Shown here: in pieces, positions 50,915 through 62,679 of the stretch
How the letters are laid out: each line of letters opens with the position of its first letter
How positions within the stretch are numbered: the first letter of the stretch is position 1
DNA from: Paraspadella gotoi
Taxonomy: Eukaryota > Animalia > Chaetognatha
Assembly (NCBI GenBank): GCA_051294375.1
Contig: CM119264.1
Location: 3,604,689-3,668,664, forward strand
Reading direction: 5' to 3'
Length of the DNA stretch: 63,976 nucleotides
Position numbers and translations under genes: made by a program
The notes under the pieces: generated by a model
What the model was told of the DNA's origin: nothing
The model's database searches: none
Seen by the model: only the letters and a program-made list of their open reading frames with translations

Positions 50915-51538
50915 ATGAATATTGAACAATTCGTTGATGAAGAGTTGTTATTGAAAGACCAACTAAGATCATCAATGGACAAAATGATGGGAGTGTTGTG
51001 GGAGGAGGTCGACGCCATCCAATCATGGGAATATGCTCCAGCCATCGAGATGAACTTTGTACTAGACTCAGTAAGAAGGAGAAGAAAGATGATGTCGGAG
51101 TTGACGAAAGAATTAAAAGGCATCTACATCCCTCCGCCAATGCCAGAAGACGATGACGAAACGGTATACAAAAAGATCTACAGAATCCCAGAGGAGGAAT
51201 ATGACGACGAGACCAAGAAACTCATTGCAAAAAGAAAACAAAGAAAATCCGAATTTGAAGCACAAACAGCAGAAGCAGCTACAATAGCAGAAGCAGCTAC
51301 AGCAGCAGCAGCGACCACAGCAGCATCAGCTACAACAGCAGAAGCAACTACAGCAGCAGCAGCAATTACAACAACGTTAACAACAGCAGAAAACGAAACG
51401 ATACCGAAGAAAATCGCGGAACCAGCCAACAAAGAAACTGATAAAGTAGATCCCGGTAACGACGAGGAACGCGAAAAGATCAGGATGAGAAACAAGAGAC
51501 TAGTTGAAAGGAGAAAGAATGCTAGCTCGAAACGTTAA
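50915..51538 (+). CDS. Accessory ORF A (>=207 aa; acidic, Ala/Thr repeat tract, basic C-terminus); true start may be ~50780
   Basis: Intact ORF directly downstream of the integrase stop; homologues in two other copies. Confidence 0.65.
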   Translation: MNIEQFVDEELLLKDQLRSSMDKMMGVLWEEVDAIQSWEYAPAIEMNFVLDSVRRRRKMMSELTKELKGIYIPPPMPEDDDETVYKKIYRIPEEEYDDETKKLIAKRKQRKSEFEAQTAEAATIAEAATAAAATTAASATTAEATTAAAAITTTLTTAENETIPKKIAEPANKETDKVDPGNDEEREKIRMRNKRLVERRKNASSKR

Positions 51539-51597
51539 CTGTTAATAGACATATAAAAAAGTATTATAGTTTATTATGTTCATGTATTCAGTTAATA

Positions 51598-51957
51598 ATG
51601 GCAAAAAACTTCGATGAAGAATGGAAGGAAATCGAAAGAAGATGGGAGACAATAGCGGGGGAGAAAGAAGGAGAAAAGAAAAGAAAAGTATACGATCTCG
51701 TTCTTTGCGAAAGGGAGTTAAAGCTGAAAGAAAAGAAAGCAGAGAAAGACAGGGAGAAAAAAGAGAAACCGGAAAAAGCTGCTTCCGACATGGAGAAAAA
51801 AATCAGAGAGCTGCACCAGATAAAGGAAGACATCACCAAAGCCGAAAAGCAGCACCCAGAAAGGAAAGAGATCTTTGAAATGATAAGAGAGAGAAATAAA
51901 AGGAGGATTGACGAAGCAGAGAAAGACTTGAAAACTTTGCACGAAATGTTGAATTAA
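51598..51957 (+). CDS. Accessory ORF B (119 aa, E/K-rich coiled coil)
   Basis: Intact ORF with ATG 6 nt after a tattcag acceptor; homologues in two other copies. Confidence 0.65.
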   Translation: MAKNFDEEWKEIERRWETIAGEKEGEKKRKVYDLVLCERELKLKEKKAEKDREKKEKPEKAASDMEKKIRELHQIKEDITKAEKQHPERKEIFEMIRERNKRRIDEAEKDLKTLHEMLN

Positions 51958-52029
51958 AAATTCAAATAAATCCATTAAAAAGAGACAAATTCGTTCAATT
52001 GAGTTTAAAGTTAATATTTCATTAACCAG

Positions 52030-53455
52030 ATGGATCTGGCCAAAGGCTTTAAAGATAAAACGTACGAACTTGACAGGAAATGGAAAGAAGGGCACGAATT
52101 ATGGAAAAAGGGTATTACCAAGAGTCCATCAATCTCACACGAAAATTAATACTCCCTGAAGTTGAAATAGACGAAGCAGAGAAACGACATGCAGAAACCA
52201 AGAAGAGGAGACAGAACCAGAAAAAGCCTTAGAAAAGCTAAAGAAAGAAGGAAAGCCTGAAACGAAGAAAACTGGAAGGGATGGAGATTTACGAGACTGA
52301 AAAAAAGTATGTAAATTCGTGGATCTTATACTGAAATCTTAACTCAAACAGAAAAGAAAAAAGAGATGATAAAGATTGAAAATCTGAGAGAAAGGTAAGA
52401 CTATCTTCTGAGAAAGAGAGGTGAAACTTTCGTTATTGTTTGTTTAGTGAATTGAAAAGTTTAGAGAAGAAAACACGAAATGGTGTTTGAGGCAGACTGC
52501 ACTCCACAGACAGTTGAAGACGCCATGAGAATGAAAAACTCGTACGAAAACTTCATTAAAAAACAAATCGAAAAAATACAATCACGAGAGAAAAAAATAA
52601 AAGTTAGAAGCCGATGCATAAACGAACAAAGAAACTACTATGAACGCTGGATAAAAGTTAGATATGCGCAAGAACGCATCTTTTCTCAATTTCAAAAAGC
52701 GATGAGAAACCACACACAAAGAAAAAAAATACAAATAAGGCGGAATGAATTAATTATTGTATTATATTTTCCCTTGTTTTTTTTATTAGTATTGATTCAG
52801 AAAAATTGTCTACTCAAATTAAAATGAGCAAGTCCGAACTTTCCGTCAAGAAGTAAAAAGTCCAGAGTCTTCCGAATCCAGGAAAGAGCAAAGTTCCGAA
52901 GGGTCGCCAGACAACCTCGAGACGCGTTGGAGAAAAGAGGAGGCAACAAAGAGGATCTCGAATCATGGAGTTTCAAGTATGTTGCCATGGGTTTCAGCTA
53001 GACGAGGAAATTAAAGAGACCAGTGGAGATCGAGCACCTGAGCAGACTAGCTGACGTCCTGGAAGGGAAGGAAAGATTTCTCGACGCTGACAAAAAATGT
53101 TGAAATGCACTTAAATAAAAATTTAGAATGTTCGATCGAATGTTAATTATTTAAACATATTTCAAGTTGTTGTTTAAACTTCCAGTTAAAATGGACGTTT
53201 GCCAGATAGCAGTACAGTTCGGGCGCTTCGGTATCCTCGTCAAAGAAGTCGCGACGAAACTCGGTGGATTCAAACCGGCCGAGCATCCAGATGAACGACG
53301 AGTTACGAAGATGCAAAGGCAAGAGAAAAAATAAAAACGATAAGTTCGAAAAAACTTTTCTTAGAAATATAGAGGGCGAGCAGCAAACAAAAGACCGCAG
53401 AAAAATCCGAACAAAATTGATCTTGAGAATTCGAGTAAAAAGACTAGATATATAA
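52030..53455 (+). pseudogene. Accessory ORFs C (52030-~52753), D (52824-~53115) and E (53191-~53455), copy B, with indels
   Basis: Colinear homology with the copy A ORFs. Confidence 0.6.
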
Positions 53456-53771
53456 CTATATATAGCTAAATAAACAATTCATTTGACTAGATAACTAATT
53501 AAATTATAAAAATTTACTAAGCCGTACCAGCTATCCACGTCGACGCGTTCCAGATAAAAGAAATCCGGGAAGGAAAACCAGATTCGAGTTTGAAAAGTTA
53601 AAGATTTGACTTAATTTGATGCATTAATATTTCTCACTGTACTTGCATGAATGAAAAAAGAAATTCGAAATAGCTAACACAAATTAAATATTCGATTGTA
53701 TTGTTATTACAGGAAAAATAGCTGATAAAATATCATCAAACATTCAATAAACATTCAAAATAAATCCAAAG

Positions 53772-54980
53772 ATGGAATCCCATTCCGATATTAACTTAGA
53801 TTCTGTGATGTGGACACCTTCAATACAGGAAAGGGAGGAGCTCTTCGGGATCTTTCCATTTGCTCGCGATCTCGAAGAATTCGGTACCACAAACGAAATC
53901 GAGACCATCTCCATTGCGACGTCGGCCTCTATTGAAGAAGTTGCGGCACCAACGAACAAGGAGCCAACGCCGGAAGACGATGAAGACTTTGCATCACGCT
54001 TCCTCAATAAAAAGGCGACGCTGCCACCGCACCGACGAGCTCTGATAGACTTTTCTGTAAAAATCATCATAGACAGCGGCGACGAGCCATATTTCAAGTA
54101 CGACTTCAAGGTCACGAAGGAGACAAAGGTGATGGTGAGGCGGATCAAAAGAACATGGAAGAAAGCCGCCAAGATTCGGGGGTGGACGGACGCCGAATTT
54201 GATGATTTGATTAAAGCGATCAACTTCGGGGTAAACCTAGAAACGTTGAGAATGATGTCCATTCTCATCCGATCAAGTCATCAAACTCAACCGCCATTGG
54301 AGTCCTTGTCGGAGGAAAGAACATCGACGCCGTCAACGAGCTCGGCGGCGACATCCACCCGTGTGGTAGTTTTTGACAAAACGGGCCCGGCCGTCGATTA
54401 CGCGACAGCGACCACCGGACACTCTGGAGCTGTCGAAACAAGATTATCAGCAGCTTCTCAAACAGATGTCGACGGCCGCCGCTGGACCCAACTCGAAGAG
54501 AGGAATCGCCGGCAGCATCAGGAGTTGCTGAGAGCAGAAGTGGAGAAGGCCGACCTCCGAGTCAAGATCGAGAGGCTCGAGCAAGACCTAAAGAAAGAAA
54601 CAGAACGCAGGATCCAGGCCGAGGTGAAATTGGAGGGGCGTGTACGAGAAGTAGAACAGCGCCGTGCGACCACAGAGCGGCTCTGGTCTCAGACATGTGG
54701 CCGCATGTACGAGAAGATTGAAGCAATGTCATCTTCTCACCCGCGACCGCCAACATCTCCAGAACAGAATCAATGGCCACAGTTGGATCTTCGCCTGGCA
54801 GCATTTCGACCGCCCATTGGAATGGAGCAATTTGTACGCTCACCACCGCAGTCCCGACCTAATCCTGCACCAAAGAGAAAAATCCCCACTTTACAGCCGG
54901 TGTCACCGCCGCCTCCTCCCCCTCCAAGAAAAAATTACCCGGACTGGGCCAAACGGGCGACGAAGAAAAGGTCGTCTTAA
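53772..54980 (+). CDS. Accessory ORF F (402 aa; coiled coil, poly-Pro, basic C-terminus; no signal peptide or TM)
   Basis: Long intact ORF; the protein is conserved with copy A while third codon positions differ. Confidence 0.85.
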   Translation: MESHSDINLDSVMWTPSIQEREELFGIFPFARDLEEFGTTNEIETISIATSASIEEVAAPTNKEPTPEDDEDFASRFLNKKATLPPHRRALIDFSVKIIIDSGDEPYFKYDFKVTKETKVMVRRIKRTWKKAAKIRGWTDAEFDDLIKAINFGVNLETLRMMSILIRSSHQTQPPLESLSEERTSTPSTSSAATSTRVVVFDKTGPAVDYATATTGHSGAVETRLSAASQTDVDGRRWTQLEERNRRQHQELLRAEVEKADLRVKIERLEQDLKKETERRIQAEVKLEGRVREVEQRRATTERLWSQTCGRMYEKIEAMSSSHPRPPTSPEQNQWPQLDLRLAAFRPPIGMEQFVRSPPQSRPNPAPKRKIPTLQPVSPPPPPPPRKNYPDWAKRATKKRSS

Positions 54981-57293
54981 ACTTTAAGCTTGAACTGTCG
55001 GCGCCGATGGAGTGATTGCCTGGGTCGACACCTCCAGAGCCGACCGCCAAACCCACGCCGGTGTGTCATATGGCCTGGAGGCATGTGCCTTTATTTATTG
55101 ATAATGTATTTAAATTGCCCGGTACAATGACCAACTACAATAATGACGGGAGAAATAATTAAAGAATGAATCACTGGAAAAAAGAAAANNNNNNNNNNNN
55201 NNNNNNNNNNNNNNNNNNNNNNNNNNNNNNNNNNNNNNNNNNNNNNNNNNNNNNNNNNNNNNNNNNNNNNNNNNNNNNNNNNNNNNNNTGTGACGAAAAA
55301 AAGGACGGAACATAAATGAAATAAGGGAAAGAGGAAAGGCACAAATCGCGGATGGAGGTAGAAACAAAGAGAGGAACAAAGGCGGAGGAAATAGAAAGGC
55401 AAGGCGAAAGCGATAATCGCGGGAATGAGGTGAAAAGGCAAGAGATGGAAAAAGGAGGGAAAAAATCGAGCACTGGAAAAGCAAAAGGAGGAAATCATAT
55501 CGGGAAAAAGAGGTGCAAGATAGATTAAAGGGAGGAACCGAGGAAGAAAAAAAGGAGACTCGAGGGAGAAATTTACAGACGTACTGAAGAAAAAGGAGAC
55601 GCTAGAAAAGAAGTTTTAAAAATTAAAAAATAAAGATAAATGACATAAATTATGAAAAAACTCGTAATTAAACTTAGCTAGCATAAGGAAAAAAAAAACT
55701 CCCGAGGAGGATTTGAAATGCGTCAAAGCATTGAGTGACGAAGAAAGGCAAAACGTCGAGGTCCGATGCCAATCCAGAAGTTCCGCAGGCCAGAGTCAGA
55801 ATGGGGGGGGAAGGACAGGAAGAGAGGCCTCGCGCGTGGGGCAAAAAGAGGGACCTGCGACGGCAGGAGGAAGCACTCGAGCAGGTGAGGGGCAAAAGAG
55901 ACAGGGGGCTGGGAGGTGGCAGTAGAGAGAGGCGGATGGGCAAAAGAGCGGGAGCTGGGGGGACTTGAAGGAGAGAGAGGGGTGGGCCAAGAAGAGGGGC
56001 TGGGGTTGGGGCAGGATATGGAGAGCGGCGATGAGCAGGTGGCAACCCTAATACGGAGCGGGAGCTGGGGGGATCGGGACAAGGAAGAAACCGTCTCACT
56101 TCTTTCGCCGGATTGCGAAGGCAGAAAGCCAGTCCGCCGGTCGAAGCTGATGACTTAACCGCATCAGAAGGGACACGGAATGCCGACAAAAAAAAAAGTA
56201 ACTTCGGCGAACAAAGAATACAAGAAAAGGAAAAGGAGGACTTGAAAAGAAAAAAAGACTTCGTGAAGAGAGAACAAGACAATAACGGAAGGCACAAAGG
56301 GGAACAAAAAGAAAGTTAGAAAAATGATATCTGTAAGCAAAGAAGGGAAGATCAGAAAAGAGAAGAGAAATCTCTTCTCTCTCATCTTCCTCCTCGCTCT
56401 CTCTCTCTCTCTCTCTCCTCTCTCTTACTCTCTCTCTCTCATCTCTCCGCTCTCTCATCCCTCTCCTCTCTCTCTACTTTCTACCATTGTCTCGTCTTCA
56501 ATTAGTTGCCTTAATTAATCCATTTCACTCGAACGAAAGGGCGAAACCGGAAGTGTCGATCACGAGAGGCGTGCCTCGCCGGGGGTCCGAAAGTGGGGGG
56601 GGGGCAGAGGAAATAAGCAAAAAAAGGGCAGGCCCGACACTGAAAAACGTCAAAACTAAATTAAGCGAAATTGGCACGCTTTTTTTTTTCTTTTTCGTGT
56701 GTGTGTGTGTCATTGGTTTGGCGAAAAAGAGAGAGAGATAGAGAGAGAAGAGATGCAGAGAAGAGAAGGATGAGAGAGCAGAGAAGACGAGAGAGAGAGA
56801 GAGAGAGGGCGGGATTTCTTAACGAAAGAGGAAAAAAATGAAAGGAGCCGTCGGCTCCAGCACAAAGTTGCAGGACAGAATTAATGGAATAGTTTTCGAA
56901 GTTTTGAGATGAAGGCTATGCACAATCACTACGACCTCTTCCATTATTAATAAATTCTTCCGTTCTTCTCGATTTCGAATTGAAGCGGTTGGAGAGGGCG
57001 TGGCAAGGGGGGGCGAAATAGACAAATTACAAAGAAACCAGACTCCACAAAAAAAAACAAAGAAAAACAACCGACACACACAGCGCAGAATCTACACACA
57101 CACAGACGCTCAGCGCGAACAAAAAAATTCAAATTTTAAAAAAAAAGTCTTACGAACAAAAGGCAGTCTTTCTCCTTCTTTCCAGGGCGGCAGCGGATGG
57201 CAAATATCTAGCATGGCTCGACGGAAACAAAGGCAATGAGGCATGACGGAGCACGCAAACACCCTCTACTCCTCTCCTCTCTCTCTCCTCTCT

Positions 57294-57324
<31 letters not shown>

Positions 57325-59017
57325 GCTTCTTTCATACACCACGACACACGTCTCCCAGCCGCTGCCCTCCGGATGGATTTAATACAATACCATTTCCCCT
57401 CTCGGAATTCAAATTTAGTTACCCATTTTTTTTAGGCTAGTAATACGTCAGTGTATTTAGTTTAATCAGCATGAATATCAATTACTTTCTTTTCAATCTT
57501 CCGAATTCTGCAAACTAAAAAGCTAAACAAAAATGTTTTTGCTACATAACAATACACAGTTTAAACACTATCCTACGTAAGTGTTTATCGACTCTCTAGA
57601 TTTTTTCCTCCATTCTCGTTCTTTCGACAAAAAAATAAAAAGCAAATAATCTTGATTCATAAACTACGTGAGCAAGTACTTCGGCTGAATACTGAAGACC
57701 TCGTTTTTGGCTCTGGACGCTCGCTTCGTGCGCGTCGTAGTTGTCGTCGTCGTCTTATGTCTTTTTATCCATATCTTTCTGTTATGTACACAAATTTCAT
57801 TGCCAAGCAATTGTCTTTCTCATGATCAGTTGTCATCACCCTTGTCCTTACCTTCTGTCATGCGATTTAAACTTTTTTTTACGACGGCATCGCACTATCG
57901 TCTTCATCTTCGTCGTCTCCTCCGTCGTCGTCGTCGTCGTCGTTATTGTCATCGATCGTTCGACAACGTCTTTCGTCGTCGCCGTCTTTCGTCGTCTTTG
58001 CCGTCGGCGCCAGAGTGACCAATAACATCAAGAGAAACCCATTCCTGCCGGATTACCGTTTTCTCTGAAACCTTGATCGAAAACAGCCTCGAGGGATGAC
58101 GTGGAGGGAGAGGGGTGGGTGTCAGAGGGTGGCAGTCTTTCCACTGTCGCGTCATTCCCCCATCATCCGATTCTCCTCCTCTCTCTCTCTCTTTCTTCTC
58201 TCCTCTCTCTCTTCTCTCCTCTCTCCTCTCTCTCTTCATCTCTCTCTCTCTCTCCTCCATAGGACAATCCCTCAACCAGTCTGACTCGCTTAATTTGCTT
58301 TAACCCCTCTTCTTCCGCAAACCCAACATCCTTCCACCCGCAACTGAATTTAAAAACTTCTCTCCCCTTGTGGCATCTCCCAACCGATGAACAAAGATAC
58401 CCCCCAAAGTGAGCAGTAAAACAACTTTAATGACCGAACTGGTTCTCGATTACAAAAATAAAATTGGTTGAGAATTTTGCACAGTTTAAACTACCATAAA
58501 GAATAAACGTCTCTAAAAACACAATATTAAAACAAAAACTAAACCCAAACCTTTTGATAGACAAATCGTTCATAGTTTAGTTTAAATCATTAATCGAGCG
58601 AATATAAAGAAGGAGATTTAAACTCCCCGTATAATTCGTTTTCAATCATTTTTTTTTCGCCCTTTTCCTCTCTTCATCCCTCTCTTTCTCTCATCTCTTG
58701 CATCCTCTCTTTCTCCTCTCTCTTCATCCTCGTATAAATTATTCCCGCGCGAGCCACAATATTAAAGAACAAAAAAACTCTTTTTTCTTCTTCGGATCTC
58801 TGGAATGTCATTATCAGATCCGGGCATAATCAGGGGTAAACCATTGTCCCCTCTTCTCTACGATTTAACTCTTTATCCAGTGCGAAAGGAACACGATTCC
58901 AATAGCGAAGAGGGTTTGAAAAGGTTCCTTTCGGAAAAATTGCTGGTGCTCTGGGGACCTGGACGGATGAGAGAGAGCGGGAAAGAGAGACAGGAGAGAG
59001 AGATAGCAGCAGAGAGC

Positions 59018-59048
<31 letters not shown>

Positions 59049-59922
59049 AAGAGAGAGACGAGAAGAGAGATAGAGAGAGAAAGCACGAGAGAGAGAAAGT
59101 AGGACAAAAAGACTATAGTGAGTATCATGAATGGTAGCACCGATAAAAAAAAGTCACGAGGCAAGAACAAGATCAAGAAGATATATCGAAAGACTAAAGG
59201 CAAAAATGATCCTATATCTTTGGATATTTTACGTAAACACATTAAATGTTTGTAATTAATAATTTCAACATTTTATCTAAATTCACAAATGCAAAGTTTC
59301 AAAGAAATCTGAATACATAACAGAATAATCCGCCCAGACAAATAGAAGGCACAGAACCACATAATGACTCGATTAAAAAAAAAGATACGATAGGGAAACA
59401 AAATGATGGAGAAACGCGATGAAAGAAAGAAAGAAGATATAATGAAGAGAAAGAAAGAAAACTAGGAAAAACTCTGGTTACGAAAAACTTGAGAAACAAA
59501 AAAAAACGAAGATAAAATTAAACTATTGAAAATGATGACGACAGACAAACTTACAGGCAAAGAAATGACTGTCAAATGAAATGATAAAATGAAGAATTTT
59601 GGGAGAGAACATTAGTAAAAAGAAGATTTGAAAGAAGAAAAAAAATAACGCAAAAGATACAAAAAGACGAGAAATTGAGTGGAAATAATTAACAGTTTCA
59701 TTTCTCCGTGTCCTGCAGCTAACATTAATCTCCTAGACATTAGCATACACAAAATCATTGGCAAAAAAAAAAAGTTAATTGAAAGAAAACAACAGAGAAG
59801 ACAAAAAAAACAATACGAAAGTTTTCATCAAACACTCAGACTCAGAGTGAGCAATCTCTACGTCAATTCTTTTTCCGACATGGTTTCATCTTTTTTTTTC
59901 AAATAGACTTCATGCCGATGGG

Positions 59923-59962
<40 letters not shown>

Positions 59963-61839
59963 GCAATGACCATTGTCTTTTCCACATTTTTTTCTGTAAC
60001 CTCACACCATCTATCTTTAATGATGAATTCTCTATCAGGTTCTTTTCCTACAAACTTTACCTTCAAGAAAACATAATAAATTATAAACAAAAAATAATCG
60101 TCTTCTTTATTAAACAATATCATACTAAGTAATCATTACATAAGACTCTTTTAAAATAATTAAAATTTCTTTAAACATTCTAAAATTCTCTAAAACTTCC
60201 TTACAAATTCTATAAATTCTAAATTCCTAACTTCTAAAATTCTAAAACATTCGATAAACATTCTAAAATCTCTAAAACTCTCCTAAGAACTTTCTAAATT
60301 TCTAACACCTTCCTAACAACTTCTAAATTTCTTACCATTTCTACATTTTGAGCATTGTATAAAACCTCCACTTCATTTTTAATCTTTCTTTCCTAGACCA
60401 GCACAATTACACATCATAACCACCTAGGATCAATGACTAGTGCCGTCAAGCATATCTCTGCGATCCTTCTCCAACCTGCAGACTAACAAAAAACGATAAT
60501 ATGAATTTGACATCCACAGCACGAGAAAGCAACAAACAATCTGGGAACTCGTTCTAAAATTTGTGCACTTCTAGTTACAAAGCACCGATCAAGAATAATC
60601 TCTGCTGCAAGACAAAAACAAAAACAGCTCTTTATCTGCGGCAGACTCCCGATGAAATAACCAGATGAACAGTGCACTAAAACTAACAGAGCGGTTAGAG
60701 CAACAGGGAGCCCTATTACAATATAACTACGGTGTACTTTGACCCTCTACTCAATCTACTACTCTCTCTCTCCTCCTCTCCTCCTCTTTTCTTTAATAAT
60801 CTCACTCTCCTCCTAACTCTCTCACCTCTCTACTCTCCTCATCATCAACTCTCCTTCATCTCTCATCTCCTCTCTCCTCATCTAACTCCACTTACCACAG
60901 ACCTTTCCCCACTCCCTACAAACCCTGCCCCACCGTCACCCTTACTCACAACAATCCTTCCCCCCTCTTCGCACCCCGATCAATGCCTCATTTATTTCTC
61001 TCTCCTCCTCCACCGCCCTACATTCCATTACTTTATTCCTTGCTAAATCCGATCACGCCAGACACGAGAACACGCAACGACCTTTCGGACACCATTTATC
61101 GCTTACTTGACATCATCATCGTCGGCCCATATCGCCCGCTCTCGTTGTATGTCTGCTTGCTTGTCCCACTTTGACTCCACCAGCTCGTTAGGAATACACA
61201 CGCGAAAATGAGTGGTTTCTTTCCGTCGTTTGTGTCGAAGAGATTCGCCGCTTTGAACGACGAACACACAAAAGTGATGTGGATTCGAAGATCCTTTAGT
61301 GTGTCCCAACTCGATCGCTTCCGAACAACTTCTTGTCATCGTCTAGCCCACACAAACACACTTTATGCCAGTTACAGCAACTTTTTATATACTTATCAAA
61401 TGTTGCTCCAACTCAACCAGCAGCCCAACCCTCATTTATTCCTCTTAGTATTCAGTTTTTTTGTTTTTTCCTTCCTCTATTTTTATTCAACTTTGTCCTC
61501 AAGTTTCCGTCTTCGAACATTTTGAATTCCACAATTCATTTCATACCAGCTGCTCTGAGACTCGGTTGAAATGAGACCAAGTAGATCCAGAGTTCGCGTC
61601 TCATCGCAATTTAATTCATTTTTGCCTTTTCGTTCCCTCAACACCTATTTACTGGCTCCCCAGCGTCGCACGAATGTGCGCTACCATCTTAACAAGAACA
61701 TTAAAAAAATAAGCTGTTTTAACCCATCTCTCTCTCATCTCTTCTCTCTCTCTCTCTCTCTTTCTTCTCTCTCCCTCTAACATTCCAACCTTCAACGCTC
61801 TCCGTTAAACAACTCAATTAAACAATCAACAATCAAATA

Positions 61840-62650
61840 CATTAAGATACAGTGAAGTTGCTATTAGCCTCAAAGCTACAAACTTTCTATCTCACATGAA
61901 GCCCGTGATCATAACGAATTGATGTATTTTCTGTACCGTCCGACCTGTTTGTGTGAAGATGGAATGTTTTGTTACAGATCCTTCAAAGGCAAATAGTAAG
62001 TTCCATGTCAAATAATCATACAATTCCTGCAAGAATAACATACTAAGTAGGCTCCATCCGCGGGATGTGTAAGAAAAACCGATGTTCATCCTCTTCGTTT
62101 CATCTCTCGTTCACTCTCTCGTCAGCCGGGCGATCCCTGGCGTTCACTTAGACCTGTTACTGAGTTTCTACCTCCCCGTAACGCTTACGTCACTTCAACA
62201 AAAGATGCAGTGTTATACGTCGACGCCAAATATCGCGCGCGTGACGATCTCTCTTAACACTCCCCATCCATGCGTAATCGTGCAAACGGACCATACAATA
62301 CCTAGAGAGATCGTGCGCACCGCTGTACTTCGCCCTGTGGCAGTAGACTTTGTTACTGCAAACTGGATTCTATCCCCCTCTCTTGAAGAGTCACCGGCCC
62401 CTCTTGACGGTCCCATTGAGGTATCCGCTCCGATGTAAGATCAGCAACAACCCTCTCCCACCAGTGGCGTCCTGAAAGGCGCCGCCCCTTTGGAACAGCA
62501 TGGCGTCACCCGGCGTTGCACGGCATCACCTCCGGCCGACTTCAAGGCATCGTTGTCCTGCGACGCACCGTTGACCGTCTTGTCGATGACCATGATAGCC
62601 GCCGCCGGCGTCGCCTCCTCAAGTTTTTTCATTTCCCGGCTTGGCTCTCA
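61840..62650 (-). mobile_element. Copy C 3' end: LTR (~61840-62259), purine tract and ORF G (62441-62632)
   Basis: Direct homology to 22463-23210. Confidence 0.85.
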
Positions 62651-62679
62651 AAAAAAATAAAAAAGAATAAAAAAAAATC

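Larger units (their letters stand above)
36256..55187 (+). mobile_element. Bel/Pao LTR retrotransposon, copy B (5' LTR, gag, pol, accessory ORFs), internally scrambled at 42-50 kb
   Basis: Same family as copy A, with near-identical pol protein and many synonymous differences. Confidence 0.9.

Noticed and set aside
50915-54980. Accessory region as an env gene
   Set aside because: No signal peptide, TM anchor or Cys-rich ectodomain in any ORF.
55290-60900. Numerous short ORFs (E/R-rich or L/S-rich)
   Set aside because: They derive from (AG)n/(CT)n tracts and low-quality sequence.
61060-61340. Possible degraded membrane-protein exon
   Set aside because: Frames are broken and there is no diagnostic motif.
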